DNA of 24,000 bases. Origin: Clostridiales bacterium. Its GTDB lineage: Bacteria > Bacillota > Clostridia > Christensenellales > Aristaeellaceae. The stretch is from positions 1 to 24,000 of the forward strand of contig SVGP01000023.1 of assembly GCA_015056255.1 (NCBI GenBank), given 5' to 3'. Positions 1 to 9,125 of the stretch are shown here, one piece after another. A program made the position numbers and the translations under genes. How positions within the stretch are numbered: the first letter of the stretch is position 1; each line of letters opens with the position of its first letter. Below the pieces are notes generated by a model. It worked only from the letters and a program-made list of their open reading frames with translations. It made no database searches and was not told the origin of the DNA.

Positions 1-169
1 CCTTTCTTCCCATGCCATACCCTTGGTTCCTTTCTCTTTTGGTTTGGCTTGAGTATATCAAAACTGTAAACCATGTCCTTGCACAATCTGTAAACTATGT
101 TACTACACTATACAGCTTGCTCCCGCCCCTTAAACAACCGTTTCATGTTTTTTCTTCTGATTTCTTCAT

Positions 170-218
170 TAAAACAAGAAAAGATGCATCAATCTGCTTG
201 ATACATCTTTTCTGTTTT
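170..218 (-). terminator. Putative intrinsic terminator after rplQ (end of the alpha operon)
   Basis: The minus-strand RNA reads AAAACAGAAAAGAUG, then 17 nt containing an inner AUCAA/UUGAU stem, then CAUCUUUUCUUGUUUU. This is a long A-tract/U-tract hairpin with one bulged U, directly 3' of the rplQ stop. Confidence 0.5.
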
Positions 219-233
219 ATAGAAACTTGTCTA

Positions 234-743
234 TCAGACGAGCTCCAGGATTACCATTTCAGCAGCATCGCCGCGGCGCGGGCCGATTTTGATGATGCGG
301 GTGTAGCCGCCGGCCTGGCCTTTTTCTTCGATGCGCTTCTTGTACTTGGGAGCGATTTCACGGAAGAGCTTCTCAACTACCGGGTGCTTGATGTTCTTCT
401 TGCGCTCGATAAAGTCTTCCTTTTCCTCGTCCTTGCCCTGGATAACGGGCATGTCGTACAGGTAAGCCATGATCTGACGGCGGGCAGCGAGGCGGGAGGG
501 CATATCGTTAACAACGGTAAGCTCTACGGTCTGGCCCTTGTCATTATTGGTGGTCTTTTTGACCTCTACGGTGTTGTCGCACTCGCGAATAGCCATATGA
601 ATATAGTGTTCAGCTACAGAGCTGACTTCCTTGGCGCGCTGCAGAGTAGTCTCGATCTTGCCGTACCAGATCAGGTTGGTAACCTGGTTACGGAGAAGAG
701 CCTTTCTCTGGTCTGCCGGACGGCCCAGCTTACGATTGGCCAT
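234..743 (-). CDS. rplQ: 50S ribosomal protein L17 (expanded, 169 aa)
   Basis: N-terminus [19 protein letters not shown] and C-terminus [25 protein letters not shown] match conserved L17 blocks. A GGAGG ribosome-binding site sits upstream. It is the last gene after rpoA, as in the canonical alpha operon. Confidence 0.95.
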   Translation of the reverse strand: MANRKLGRPADQRKALLRNQVTNLIWYGKIETTLQRAKEVSSVAEHYIHMAIRECDNTVEVKKTTNNDKGQTVELTVVNDMPSRLAARRQIMAYLYDMPVIQGKDEEKEDFIERKKNIKHPVVEKLFREIAPKYKKRIEEKGQAGGYTRIIKIGPRRGDAAEMVILELV

Positions 744-784
744 TGTCGGTTCCTCCTTGATTGCTTATGTCATAAGGTCGGCGC

Positions 785-1756
785 TTATTCGTCGCTGGTT
801 TTCAGAGAAAGACCAAGCGCTACGAGCTTCTGCTCAACCTCTTCAAGCGATTTCTTTCCGAGATTGCGTACTTTCATCATATCTTCCTGATTGCGCTGTA
901 CGAGCTCGGCAACAGTGTTGATGCCAGCGCGCTTCAAGCAGTTGAAGGCGCGGACGGAGAGATCAAGCTCTTCGATGGTCATCTCGAGTACCTTGTCGCG
1001 ATTGTCGCTTTCAGGCTCGTTGTAATCCACGCGAACGACGTTCACAGTCAGATCGATGAACAGCTTCATGTTGTTCGTAAGAATCTGGGCTGCAGAGGCA
1101 AGCGCTTCCTTGGGAAGAATGGAGCCATTGGTCCAAACTTCGATGGTAAGCTTGTCATAGTCGGTCACCTGGCCAACGCGGGTATCCTCAACGGAATAGC
1201 TGACCTTGCGGATGGGCGTAAAGATGGAGTCCATCGGGATTACGCCGATGGGCATGCCACCCATCTTGTTGCGCTCGTTCGCCAGCTGCTTGTTGCGCTC
1301 GGCGGAAACGTAGCCGCGGCCCTTTTCGAGGGTAACCTGCATCTGAAGATGGGCGCCCTGGGAAAGAGTAGCGATGTGAAGCTCGGGGTTAACGATTTCA
1401 ACCTCGTCGTCGCACTTGAAGTCGGCGGCGGTTACTTCACATGCATCGCGCACGTCAATCGTGAGGATTTTGGGCTGATCCGTGAAAAGTTTTGCGCTTA
1501 AAAGCTTCAGGTTTAAAATGATTTCTGCGACGTCTTCCTTAACACCGGGAATGGTCGAGAACTCATGCTGAACGCCTTCAATGCGAACGGACGTTACCGC
1601 AACTCCGGGAAGGGAATTCAGAAGTACACGACGCAGCGCATTGCCCAGCGTCTGTCCGAATCCACGCTCCAGCGGATTTACGATGAACTTGCCATATTTG
1701 CTGCTTTCACCGATTTCCACTCGCTCAATTTTGGGTTTTTCTATCTGATCGATCAC
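785..1756 (-). CDS. rpoA: DNA-directed RNA polymerase alpha subunit
   Basis: [11 protein letters not shown]...[20 protein letters not shown]-like N-terminal domain, and a C-terminal domain with [25 protein letters not shown] chose the GTG start at 1756 (VIDQIEKPK) because GGAGAGGAGG lies 9 nt upstream. The longer ORF to 1825 adds a non-conserved extension. Confidence 0.92.
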   Translation of the reverse strand: MIDQIEKPKIERVEIGESSKYGKFIVNPLERGFGQTLGNALRRVLLNSLPGVAVTSVRIEGVQHEFSTIPGVKEDVAEIILNLKLLSAKLFTDQPKILTIDVRDACEVTAADFKCDDEVEIVNPELHIATLSQGAHLQMQVTLEKGRGYVSAERNKQLANERNKMGGMPIGVIPMDSIFTPIRKVSYSVEDTRVGQVTDYDKLTIEVWTNGSILPKEALASAAQILTNNMKLFIDLTVNVVRVDYNEPESDNRDKVLEMTIEELDLSVRAFNCLKRAGINTVAELVQRNQEDMMKVRNLGKKSLEEVEQKLVALGLSLKTSDE

Positions 1757-1883
1757 TCGGCGAATCCTCCTCTCCATCGCGAAAGCTTTTCTTGCTTTCG
1801 ACGGTGCATTTGTCTCTTTTATCAAGCGGCTCGATCGAACTTAGGCCGCCAGCAAGAGACTTCTATCAAACTCAGTCGCTTGA

Positions 1884-2510
1884 TTAACGGGAGTACAGCT
1901 CGACGATAAGGTTTTCCTGAATCGTAAGATCGATATCATCGCGGGCGGGCTTGTCAGTGATCGTGGCCTTGAGGTTCTCGCTGTCAAGCGCGATCCACTT
2001 GGGAACGATGCGGCTGGTGCCTTCGCGAAGCGCCTTGAAGTGCTCGGCTTCAGCGCTCTTCTCACGAATGGTGATAACATCATTGACTTCCACAAGGAAG
2101 GAGGGGATGTTGACCTTCTTGCCGTTTACGCGAATGTGACCGTGGCGAACCAGCTGACGGGCCTGGGCGCGGGAAGCGCCGAAGCCTGCGCGGTACACGA
2201 CGTTGTCAAGGCGACGCTCGAGGAGAACGAGGAGGTTCTCGCCGGTGATGCCCTTTTCGCGAGCAGCAGACTCAAAATAACGATGGAACTGGGTTTCGAG
2301 AACGCCATAGGCGCGCTTTGCCTTCTGCTTTTCGCGCAGCTGCATGCCGTACTCGCTCATTTTGCGCTGGCGAGCCTGACCGTGCTCACCGGGCGGGGTG
2401 GGACGCTTGCCAACGGCGCAGTTGGGGCCGTAGCAACGATCGCCCTTCAGGAAAAGCTTGCAGCCCTCGCGACGGCAGAGGCGGCAAACGGAACCAGTAT
2501 ATCTAGCCAT
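1884..2510 (-). CDS. rpsD: 30S ribosomal protein S4
   Basis: [16 protein letters not shown]...KLFLKGDRC zinc-ribbon-like N-terminus and an S4 RNA-binding domain ([31 protein letters not shown]). GGAGG ribosome-binding site. Confidence 0.95.
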   Translation of the reverse strand: MARYTGSVCRLCRREGCKLFLKGDRCYGPNCAVGKRPTPPGEHGQARQRKMSEYGMQLREKQKAKRAYGVLETQFHRYFESAAREKGITGENLLVLLERRLDNVVYRAGFGASRAQARQLVRHGHIRVNGKKVNIPSFLVEVNDVITIREKSAEAEHFKALREGTSRIVPKWIALDSENLKATITDKPARDDIDLTIQENLIVELYSR

Positions 2511-2525
2511 GATTTGTTCCTCCTA

Positions 2526-2924
2526 CTACACTCTTCTGCGCTTGGGCGGGCGGCATCCGTTGTGGGGGATGGGCGTCACGTCCTTGATCATGGTAACCTC
2601 GAGACCAGCGGTCTGCAGCGAACGGATCGCAGCTTCACGGCCGGCGCCGGGGCCCTTTACGAACACTTCAACAGTCTTCAGGCCATATTCCATAGCGGCC
2701 TTGGCAGCGGTTTCAGCGGCAGACTGTGCAGCGAAGGGAGTGGACTTCTTGCTTCCACGGAAGCCGAGTCCGCCAGCGGAAGCCCAGGACAGGGCGTTGC
2801 CGTTGGTATCGGTGATCGTTACGATCGTATTGTTAAAAGAAGAGCGGATATGGGCCGCGCCACGCTCGACGAGTTTCTTCTCGCGGCGCTTACGGACGAC
2901 CTTTTTCAGCTTCGGCTTAGCCAT
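2526..2924 (-). CDS. rpsK: 30S ribosomal protein S11
   Basis: [46 protein letters not shown] is the classic S11 core. The protein ends with [11 protein letters not shown]. Confidence 0.95.
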   Translation of the reverse strand: MAKPKLKKVVRKRREKKLVERGAAHIRSSFNNTIVTITDTNGNALSWASAGGLGFRGSKKSTPFAAQSAAETAAKAAMEYGLKTVEVFVKGPGAGREAAIRSLQTAGLEVTMIKDVTPIPHNGCRPPKRRRV

Positions 2925-2968
2925 AAACGTATTTCCTCCTATTTCACATCAATTCCGGGCACTGGAAA

Positions 2969-3346
2969 TTACTTTCCAGCCTTCTTCTTGCCGGCTACCT
3001 GCTTCTTCGGGCCCTTGCGGGTACGCGCATTCTGCTTGGTGTTCTGACCGCGGACGGGCAGACCCTTGCGATGGCGAAGGCCGCGATAGCAGCCGATTTC
3101 CATCAGGCGCTTGATGTTCATGGAAACTTCACGGCGGAGGTCACCCTCTACCTTGAGGTTGTGGTCGATATAGTCACGCAGCTTACCGATATCAGACTCG
3201 GTAAGATCCTTGACGCGGGTATCGGGGTTGATGCCGGTACCATCGATGATTTCGTTGGCAATGTTCGGGCCGATGCCGTAGATATACGTCAGAGCGACCT
3301 CGATTCTCTTCTCTCTGGGAAGGTCCACACCTGCGATACGTGCCAT
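2969..3346 (-). CDS. rpsM: 30S ribosomal protein S13
   Basis: [26 protein letters not shown]...[35 protein letters not shown] ribosome-binding site 9 nt upstream. Confidence 0.95.
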   Translation of the reverse strand: MARIAGVDLPREKRIEVALTYIYGIGPNIANEIIDGTGINPDTRVKDLTESDIGKLRDYIDHNLKVEGDLRREVSMNIKRLMEIGCYRGLRHRKGLPVRGQNTKQNARTRKGPKKQVAGKKKAGK

Positions 3347-3524
3347 CTGTGTAAAGCACCTCCAAAATAGTCGTGCCGGATAGCCGGCTCTTCCGTTTCC
3401 GCCTATACGCGATTGGCGTCACGCATGAGCTTTGACGGTATATAGAAAGGCAACCGAAAACCATTTTCGATGGTCAGCCGCATCGGCGCCGTTTCTTCAT
3501 AAGTACAAACCGTACCAATATAGT

Positions 3525-3553
3525 ATTATAGACCCCGAGGGGTTAAATGTCAA
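3525..3553 (-). promoter_or_regulatory. Near-consensus sigma-A promoter for the rpsM-rpsK-rpsD-rpoA-rplQ operon
   Basis: The minus strand reads TTGACA (3553-3548), a 17-nt spacer, then TATAAT (3530-3525). This leaves a leader of about 170 nt before the rpsM ATG. Confidence 0.7.
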
Positions 3554-3631
3554 TGAATTCATTCAATTTTTACACAAGAATTTCCAACATCCCGCACAAA
3601 AATCAGGTGATATGAAAGAAATTAATTCTCA

Positions 3632-3657
3632 AATCGGATTTTTAGCATAATCCGATT
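3632..3657 (-). terminator. Weak hairpin after mnmA
   Basis: AAUCGGAUU, an 8-nt loop, then AAUCCGAUU followed by UGAG on the minus strand. The stem is AT-rich and the U-tract is short, so it may be only a partial terminator. Confidence 0.3.
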
Positions 3658-3660
3658 CAT

Positions 3661-4674
3661 TTACATCCATCCATCAATGGTTCCGCCGCCGATCAGGCGC
3701 GATGCGATATAAAACGCCGCCGTCTGACCCTTGGCGGGCGCGCGGAGCTTGTCTTTCGTTTTAACCTTCACGCGTCCGTCCTCCTCTTGCGTAATCAAAC
3801 ATTCGGGCATTTCCCACCTCGTGTGGCGCGCGCGAACAACGCCTTCAATCGGGAAAACAAGATCGTCCGAAAGCCACACAACGTCTCGCACAAAGATTTC
3901 ATCCTTGAATAAATCCTCCCAAAGCGCAAGGACAAGCGTGTTGGTTTCAGCGATAATCTCGGAAACGTAGAGTCTCCTGCCCGTCTCCGTTTCGCCGAAA
4001 CGCTGACCGACGGTGTATCTGTGAATGCCGTCGTGCTTTGAAAAGACATTTCTATTATATACCGCATCGCCTTCGCCCGGCGTGTTCTCCCTTTTTTCAA
4101 GCCAGCTTGCATACGTTTCGCCCGATATAAAGCAGATCTCGCGGCTGTCCGGCTTTTCGGAAACGCTTAAATGCATGCTTCGCGCAATGTTTCTCACGTC
4201 TTCCTTTTTCATCCCGCCAAGGGGCAAAAGAAGCCTTTCCATCTGGCTGCGTTTCAGTTTGCAAAGCATATAACTCTGATCGTTGTCCGGATGCCCGGCA
4301 TAAATTTTCCCGTCCTCAATCACGCTATAGTGTCCGGTTGCAATCCAGAAAGCCTCAATCTCGTCGGCATATCTCAAAAGCGCTTCAAACTTCATATTCC
4401 GGTTGCAGCCGATGCAGGGATTGATGGTTTCGCCCCGCAGATACCCCTCGGCAAACGGCCTGCAGACGTGCTCTTCAATTTCGGAGGAAACATCCATCGC
4501 CGAAAATGCAATGCCCAGCCTTTCCGCGCTTTTTTTAGCTTCCCTCTCCCCCGCGCCGCCGGCGATATTCAGATAAAGGCCATGAACCTCATATCCCTGA
4601 TCAAGGAGAAGTTTCGCCGCGACAGCAGAGTCAACGCCATCCGACAAGCCCAAAACCACCCTGTTTTTATGCAT
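3661..4674 (-). CDS. mnmA: tRNA 2-thiouridine(34) synthase (tRNA-specific 2-thiouridylase)
   Basis: PP-loop motif VVLGLSDGVDSAVAA, plus NPCIGCNRNMKF and WIATGHY blocks typical of MnmA. Start set at ATG 4674 (MHKNRVV), which has GGAGGAA 4 nt upstream. Confidence 0.9.
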   Translation of the reverse strand: MHKNRVVLGLSDGVDSAVAAKLLLDQGYEVHGLYLNIAGGAGEREAKKSAERLGIAFSAMDVSSEIEEHVCRPFAEGYLRGETINPCIGCNRNMKFEALLRYADEIEAFWIATGHYSVIEDGKIYAGHPDNDQSYMLCKLKRSQMERLLLPLGGMKKEDVRNIARSMHLSVSEKPDSREICFISGETYASWLEKRENTPGEGDAVYNRNVFSKHDGIHRYTVGQRFGETETGRRLYVSEIIAETNTLVLALWEDLFKDEIFVRDVVWLSDDLVFPIEGVVRARHTRWEMPECLITQEEDGRVKVKTKDKLRAPAKGQTAAFYIASRLIGGGTIDGWM

Positions 4675-4749
4675 AATTTCCTCCGTGCGCAAATTTGCCG
4701 ATTCTTACTTATTATAATCATACCACAAAACCGCTCTCATTGCAAATGC

Positions 4750-4778
4750 GTGCAATTTGATAAGATGTATGATATACT
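4750..4778 (+). promoter_or_regulatory. Possible extended -10 promoter for the sulfatase gene
   Basis: GTGCAA, a 17-nt spacer ending in TGA, then TATACT (4773-4778). The -35 element is weak. Confidence 0.35.
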
Positions 4779-4806
4779 TAAGTCACTTTCAGGAGGTGCA
4801 TTTTTC

Positions 4807-6315
4807 ATGTCCCGCCCCAACATCATTTTCATCATGACCGATCAGCAAAGGCACGACGCTATCGGCTGCGTAAACCCGCTTGTGAAAACGCCCGGCATTG
4901 ATTCGCTGGCCAAAGACGGCATACTGTTTGATCAGGCCGTCTGCCAATGCCCCATGTGCGTGCCCAGCCGAAATTCCATGATGTTCGGTCTCTACCCTTC
5001 CCAGACCGGCATTCGGACCAATTCCGGCGCGCTTTTGGACGAATCGCGCCTGCCCGCCGTTCCCCTTCCGCAGCTATTAAATGATGCGGGCTACTTTTGC
5101 GCAGGCTTTGGTAAAACGCATTGGAACAACACAATAAAGGGCGAACCCGGTTCCCGCCGCGGCTTTCACGTGCGCGCAGAAGGGCAGCCGCGCTTCAGCC
5201 TCCAGTACGAAGAGGGCGCGACGATGATGGACGACGAGGATCCCGAGGGCCTCAAAGCCTATTTTGAGGAAACCAGAGAATTCGGATCGGGCGAAGAAAC
5301 CTATTACGGGTACCTCGGAAAAGCGAGCAAACTTCCAAAGGAGCATCACCGCGACGGCTTCATTCACAAAAAGTGCATCGAATTTCTGGATTCGTATGAG
5401 CCCGACGGCCGGCCGCTGTTTTTATACCTTTCCTTTATAAAGCCCCACGCAGGCTACAACATTCCCCCGGAATTCGAAAGCCAGTATGATCTTAAGGACA
5501 TTCCCCCGCTGCCCGTTCCCCCATGGGAAAACGACCCCAGTCCTCACATTCAAAACGCTATGAACGCAAGTAGGCGCTTAAACGAAATTCACAACGCGCG
5601 AAAAGAGGTCTGGAAGACCTTGTCGGACGATGAAAAACGCTTAAGCACATTAAGATATTACGCCAACTGCACGTTTATGGATCACTTTATCGAAAGCGCC
5701 TTAACCAAAATCCGCGAAAAGGGTCTTGATAAAAACACGCTTTTCATCTTCGTGTCCGATCACGGCGAAATGATGGGCGAACGCGATTACCGCTTCAGCA
5801 AATACTGCCTGTTCGAATCGAGCGTTCGCGTCCCGATGATCTTAGCCGGCGACCGTATCGCTTCTTCCCTCAAAGGAACGCGCGACAGCCGCCCCGCCAT
5901 GCTGGTCGACCTTCTTCCAACCATCTGCGAAGCCGCCGGCATCGAGCCCGATCCGCGATATCCCGGCGAAAGCCTTTTCAAAACCGATTCCATCCGAAAA
6001 GGCGCATTTTCAGAATACCACGGAAGCGGCTCGGAAAATACGCAGATCGCCCCCGCATGGATGTGGCGAAACGAAAACTACAAGCTCATCCTCTCCCGCC
6101 CGGGCTTTTCCATCGACCAGACCGATCCCGTATGCGAACTGTACGACCTGAAACGCGATCCGAACGAATGGACAAATGTCTATAACGATCCCGCCTACCG
6201 CGATATTCGCGAACAAATGACGATCGAGCTGCTTGAAAACGCCATGTCCGCCTTTGCAAAGGGCGCAGCTTTCGGCGATTACAGAGGGCTTGATAAGCTT
6301 AAGAAGAGGGATTAA
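4807..6315 (+). CDS. Cys-type sulfatase (arylsulfatase family), with no signal peptide
   Basis: MSRPNIIFIMTDQQRHD metal-binding N-terminus. CVPSRNSMMFG matches the C-x-P-x-R formylglycine motif. FVSDHGEMMGE block. AGGAGGTG ribosome-binding site 8 nt before ATG 4807. The upstream part of the 714-aa ORF is antisense to mnmA and was discarded. Confidence 0.9.
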   Translation: MSRPNIIFIMTDQQRHDAIGCVNPLVKTPGIDSLAKDGILFDQAVCQCPMCVPSRNSMMFGLYPSQTGIRTNSGALLDESRLPAVPLPQLLNDAGYFCAGFGKTHWNNTIKGEPGSRRGFHVRAEGQPRFSLQYEEGATMMDDEDPEGLKAYFEETREFGSGEETYYGYLGKASKLPKEHHRDGFIHKKCIEFLDSYEPDGRPLFLYLSFIKPHAGYNIPPEFESQYDLKDIPPLPVPPWENDPSPHIQNAMNASRRLNEIHNARKEVWKTLSDDEKRLSTLRYYANCTFMDHFIESALTKIREKGLDKNTLFIFVSDHGEMMGERDYRFSKYCLFESSVRVPMILAGDRIASSLKGTRDSRPAMLVDLLPTICEAAGIEPDPRYPGESLFKTDSIRKGAFSEYHGSGSENTQIAPAWMWRNENYKLILSRPGFSIDQTDPVCELYDLKRDPNEWTNVYNDPAYRDIREQMTIELLENAMSAFAKGAAFGDYRGLDKLKKRD

Positions 6316-6317
6316 TC

Positions 6318-6359
6318 AAAAAATGGACTTCTGCATTCTTATGCAAAAGTCCATTTTTT
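6318..6359. terminator. Bidirectional intrinsic terminator between convergent genes
   Basis: AAAAAATGGACTT, a 16-nt segment with an inner TGCA/TGCA stem, then AAGTCCATTTTTT. The A-tract and T-tract flanks suit both strands. Confidence 0.75.
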
Positions 6360-6361
6360 GA

Positions 6362-7717
6362 TTAGCCCCCGACCGTAATCCACATCGCCGGGCGATAGCC
6401 CAAGGTATCGTGACCTACGTCGCTTCCGGACATCCATACTTTTCCGTTGCTTGAGCCGCTTGCAAACACGCATGCGGCGTTTACGTGGGTGCCGCCTCTG
6501 GTTCTAAGCCACCAGTATACAGGTTTTCCGCTGCCAAGCTGGGCTTGGGCGACGGGGGTGTTGGCGGTTTTTCTTGAATTGATGTCGGGCAGGTACCGGT
6601 TTAACTCGTTATAACTCAAGAAGAACACGTAGTCGTAGGTGTCGGGCCCGCCGTCAATGTTGGAATGACTCGGGTTTTCTTCGTTTTTGTTTCTGGTAAG
6701 GAGAATACGGGCCTTTTCATCATCTGTAAACGCGCCGTTATAGAACGTGTCATTGCACCATGAGCGGGCGTGGTAGAATTTGGTAAGATCGTCGTTTGAG
6801 ATGTAGGTGCCGTCTTTTTTTGGAACCATCACAACGCCGTTTATGGTTTTAAAGCGCATGGTGGATGCGCTCGGATACCAGTTGTTGGAGCTTCGGTAGG
6901 TGGTGATGATTGAGCCCGCCCAATTGCAGTATTTGTATTTGATCCACGCGGGATTGAAGTAGGAATCGGTTTTTAAAATGTATTTGCTTAGGACAAACGC
7001 CTTTTCCTCGTCCGCAGCCAATATGATCCACTCGACAGGATCGGCGGTTTCCGCTTTGTTGTCCTGCTCGAACAAACCAAGATACAGTTTTTCTGAAACC
7101 GCGATCTTATCCGATCTCATTGTGATCTCGTTTTGATCGTTTTTCATCGTGATTTGTATTTCGTAGTCGCCTCCGTCGGATGGCGTATGGACATATTTTT
7201 TGCTGGTCATTTCTTCGCTTGTTTCAACAAGCTCACCGTTTCTGAATACCTGATACGTGAATTTTCCGTCTTTGATATCGCAGTAGCCTTCTTCAACCGT
7301 CCATGTAATAGGAAGGCCTTTGGCGCCGTTGTTTACGGTGTTTGAATGAATTTCAAACCTGTCGAGATATCCGATTTCAAAGCCTTTTTCCTTGGCATAA
7401 GCTTCAATCGTGCTGCCTGTATAGCAGATGATACGAACATTTCCGCAGTTCAGAAACGCATCGTCCGCGACGGAAACATCCCTTGAATAGCAGAAAAATT
7501 CGCTCAGGTTTTCACAATTCGCAAACGCGAGGCTTTCAATGGTCTTTGTCGATTCGGGAATTCTTACTTCCTCTATAGAGATATCCCCATAAAACGCTTC
7601 GCGCTCAATCACCTTTATATCCGTTGGCATGATAACGCTCTCGGACTGTGCCAGCGCGCTTACACAGAAGCATGCAAGTAGCAAAGACAAACAACAAAGA
7701 ATTTTTTTTAAAAACAT
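6362..7717 (-). CDS. Secreted protein with an N-terminal BspA-type leucine-rich repeat (LRR_5-like), a central Ig-like segment and a C-terminal DUF6273-like domain
   Basis: Signal peptide MFLKKILCCLSLLLACFCVSALA. The LRR_5-like stretch is IEREAFYGDISIEEVRIPESTKTIESLAFANCENLSEF. The C-terminus has WWLRTRG and GYRPAMWI, typical of the DUF6273 family. Start at ATG 7717 with GGAGGTG upstream. Confidence 0.8.
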   Translation of the reverse strand: MFLKKILCCLSLLLACFCVSALAQSESVIMPTDIKVIEREAFYGDISIEEVRIPESTKTIESLAFANCENLSEFFCYSRDVSVADDAFLNCGNVRIICYTGSTIEAYAKEKGFEIGYLDRFEIHSNTVNNGAKGLPITWTVEEGYCDIKDGKFTYQVFRNGELVETSEEMTSKKYVHTPSDGGDYEIQITMKNDQNEITMRSDKIAVSEKLYLGLFEQDNKAETADPVEWIILAADEEKAFVLSKYILKTDSYFNPAWIKYKYCNWAGSIITTYRSSNNWYPSASTMRFKTINGVVMVPKKDGTYISNDDLTKFYHARSWCNDTFYNGAFTDDEKARILLTRNKNEENPSHSNIDGGPDTYDYVFFLSYNELNRYLPDINSRKTANTPVAQAQLGSGKPVYWWLRTRGGTHVNAACVFASGSSNGKVWMSGSDVGHDTLGYRPAMWITVGG

Positions 7718-7756
7718 ATCTTCACCTCCCGGGAAAATGCATACATACACATATAC

Positions 7757-7785
7757 ATTATACAATAAACCCGAAAAAAACACAA
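7757..7785 (-). promoter_or_regulatory. Possible extended -10 promoter for the LRR protein gene
   Basis: The minus strand reads TTGTGT, a 17-nt spacer ending in TGT, then TATAAT (7762-7757). Confidence 0.4.
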
Positions 7786-7790
7786 CACCG

Positions 7791-7835
7791 CACAAAATAA
7801 ACCCGCCGTCCGAAACATCTGCAGACGGCGGGTTT
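7791..7835 (-). terminator. Intrinsic terminator ending the long T-box-controlled operon
   Basis: The minus-strand RNA reads AAACCCGCCGUC, a 13-nt loop, then GACGGCGGGUUU followed by AUUUUGUG, starting 8 nt after the gamma-subunit stop. Confidence 0.75.
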
Positions 7836-7842
7836 GTGCTTT

Positions 7843-8376
7843 TTACAGCTCGTATCCAAGCGAAATCGCTTTTTTATTAAGCTCAATCAGGTTCTGTCTC
7901 TTTGCGGAAACGACCTTCTGGATGGTTTTGTCGATGGCTTCTACCGGGAACATGCTTGTTTCCTTGAGCATTTTGCCCATGATGATCATGTTTGCCAAGG
8001 TCGCCATGCCCTCTTCGCCCGCAATTTTGGTGGCGGGGATGCCGAAGGCCTTTACGTCTTCGCGCTTGACCTCGCGGTCAATCAGTGAGGAATCGTAGAA
8101 GATCATGCCGCCGGGCGTGACCGCGTCTTCAAACTTATCGAGCGAGGGAAGGTTCATCGCGATCAGCACGTCCGGATTCGGAACGAGGGGCGAGCCGATG
8201 GGGGTATCCGAAATGATGACGGAGCAGGAAGCCGTGCCGCCGCGCATTTCGGGGCCGTAGGAGGGAAGCCATGTGACTTCCTTGTTTTCAAGAAGGCCCT
8301 CATAGGCCAAGAATTTTCCGGTAAACAGAACGCCCTGTCCGCCGAAGCCGGAGATTAAGATATTCACTTGTTTCAT
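7843..8376 (-). CDS. 2-oxoacid:ferredoxin oxidoreductase, gamma subunit (VOR/KOR family)
   Basis: [19 protein letters not shown]...[16 protein letters not shown] is the characteristic gamma-subunit signature. A 4-nt ATGA overlap with the beta subunit indicates translational coupling. Confidence 0.9.
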   Translation of the reverse strand: MKQVNILISGFGGQGVLFTGKFLAYEGLLENKEVTWLPSYGPEMRGGTASCSVIISDTPIGSPLVPNPDVLIAMNLPSLDKFEDAVTPGGMIFYDSSLIDREVKREDVKAFGIPATKIAGEEGMATLANMIIMGKMLKETSMFPVEAIDKTIQKVVSAKRQNLIELNKKAISLGYEL

Positions 8377-9125
8377 TTTCCGGCCTCCTCCGCGTACTTA
8401 TCCTTGTAAACGCCTAAAGGATAATACGGCATCATGTTTTCCTCCAGCCACTTAAGCGCCTTATCGGGCGTAAGACCCCAATTGGTGGGGCAGGTAGAAA
8501 GAACCTCGATCAGGGAAAAGCCCTTGCCCTCAAGCTGATACCGGAAGGCCTTTTTGATGGCGCGGGCGGCGTTTTTAACGTTCTTGACGTCGTTTACAGC
8601 AACGCGCTCAAGGTAAGCAGCGCCGGTAACATTGCTTAAAAGCTCGCAGACCTTTACAGGATAGCCGACGGATTCAACCTGTCTTCCATAAGGAGAGGTC
8701 TGGGTGACCTGTCCGGGCAGCGTGGTCGGGGCCATCTGACCGCCAGTCATGCCGTAAATGGCGTTGTTTACGAAGATAACGGTGATGTTTTCGCCTCTGG
8801 CTGCGCTGTGCACGGTTTCTGCAGTGCCGATGGCGGCAAGGTCGCCATCACCCTGATAGGTGAAGACGATGTTATTGGGATCAGCGCGCTTTACGCCGGT
8901 GGCGACTGCGGGCGCGCGGCCATGAGCGGCCTGAACCATGTCGCAGTTGAAATAATTATAGGCAAATACAGAGCAGCCGACGGGGGCCACGCCGATGGTT
9001 CTGCCTTCGATGCCCAGTTCGTCAATGGCCTCGGCAACCAGGCGATGAATGATGCCGTGGGTGCAGCCGGGGCAATAGTGAAGTTTTACATCCGCAAGCG
9101 CTTTCGGCTTTTCAAATACGATCAT
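8373..9125 (-). CDS. 2-oxoacid:ferredoxin oxidoreductase, beta subunit (TPP-binding)
   Basis: YCPGCTHG Cys motif and GDGD...AIG...N TPP/Mg-binding block (YQGDGDLAAIGTAETVHSAARGENITVIFVNNAIYGMTGGQ). Confidence 0.92.
   Translation of the reverse strand: MIVFEKPKALADVKLHYCPGCTHGIIHRLVAEAIDELGIEGRTIGVAPVGCSVFAYNYFNCDMVQAAHGRAPAVATGVKRADPNNIVFTYQGDGDLAAIGTAETVHSAARGENITVIFVNNAIYGMTGGQMAPTTLPGQVTQTSPYGRQVESVGYPVKVCELLSNVTGAAYLERVAVNDVKNVKNAARAIKKAFRYQLEGKGFSLIEVLSTCPTNWGLTPDKALKWLEENMMPYYPLGVYKDKYAEEAGK

Noticed and set aside
1-60. Possible minus-strand gene start (ATGGCATGGGAAGAAAGG running off the left edge), with an AAAGGAA ribosome-binding site and a TGATATACT extended -10. A direct repeat CTGTAAAC also occurs at 64-71 and 88-95.
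   Set aside because: Only 8 codons are visible, so no product can be assigned. The 8-nt repeat is too short to interpret.
12-890. 292-aa plus-strand ORF, plus 631-921.
   Set aside because: It is entirely antisense to rplQ and the 3' end of rpoA. It has low complexity, no ribosome-binding site and no recognisable motifs, so it is a shadow ORF of the ribosomal genes.
2040-3114. 335-aa and 218-aa plus-strand ORFs.
   Set aside because: They are antisense to rpsD, rpsK and rpsM. They are Ala/Gly/Leu-rich, as is typical of reverse frames of GC-rich coding DNA.
3347-3524. Search for rpmJ/infA, and a tiny ORF MKKRRRCG in the rpsM leader.
   Set aside because: No L36-like (MKVR.SVK...) or IF-1-like reading frame is present on either strand. 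The 8-codon ORF has no Shine-Dalgarno sequence and is probably fortuitous.
4171-4806. N-terminal 212 aa of the 714-aa plus-strand ORF.
   Set aside because: This part overlaps mnmA in antisense and crosses the intergenic promoter region. The conserved sulfatase N-terminus begins at ATG 4807, which has a strong ribosome-binding site.
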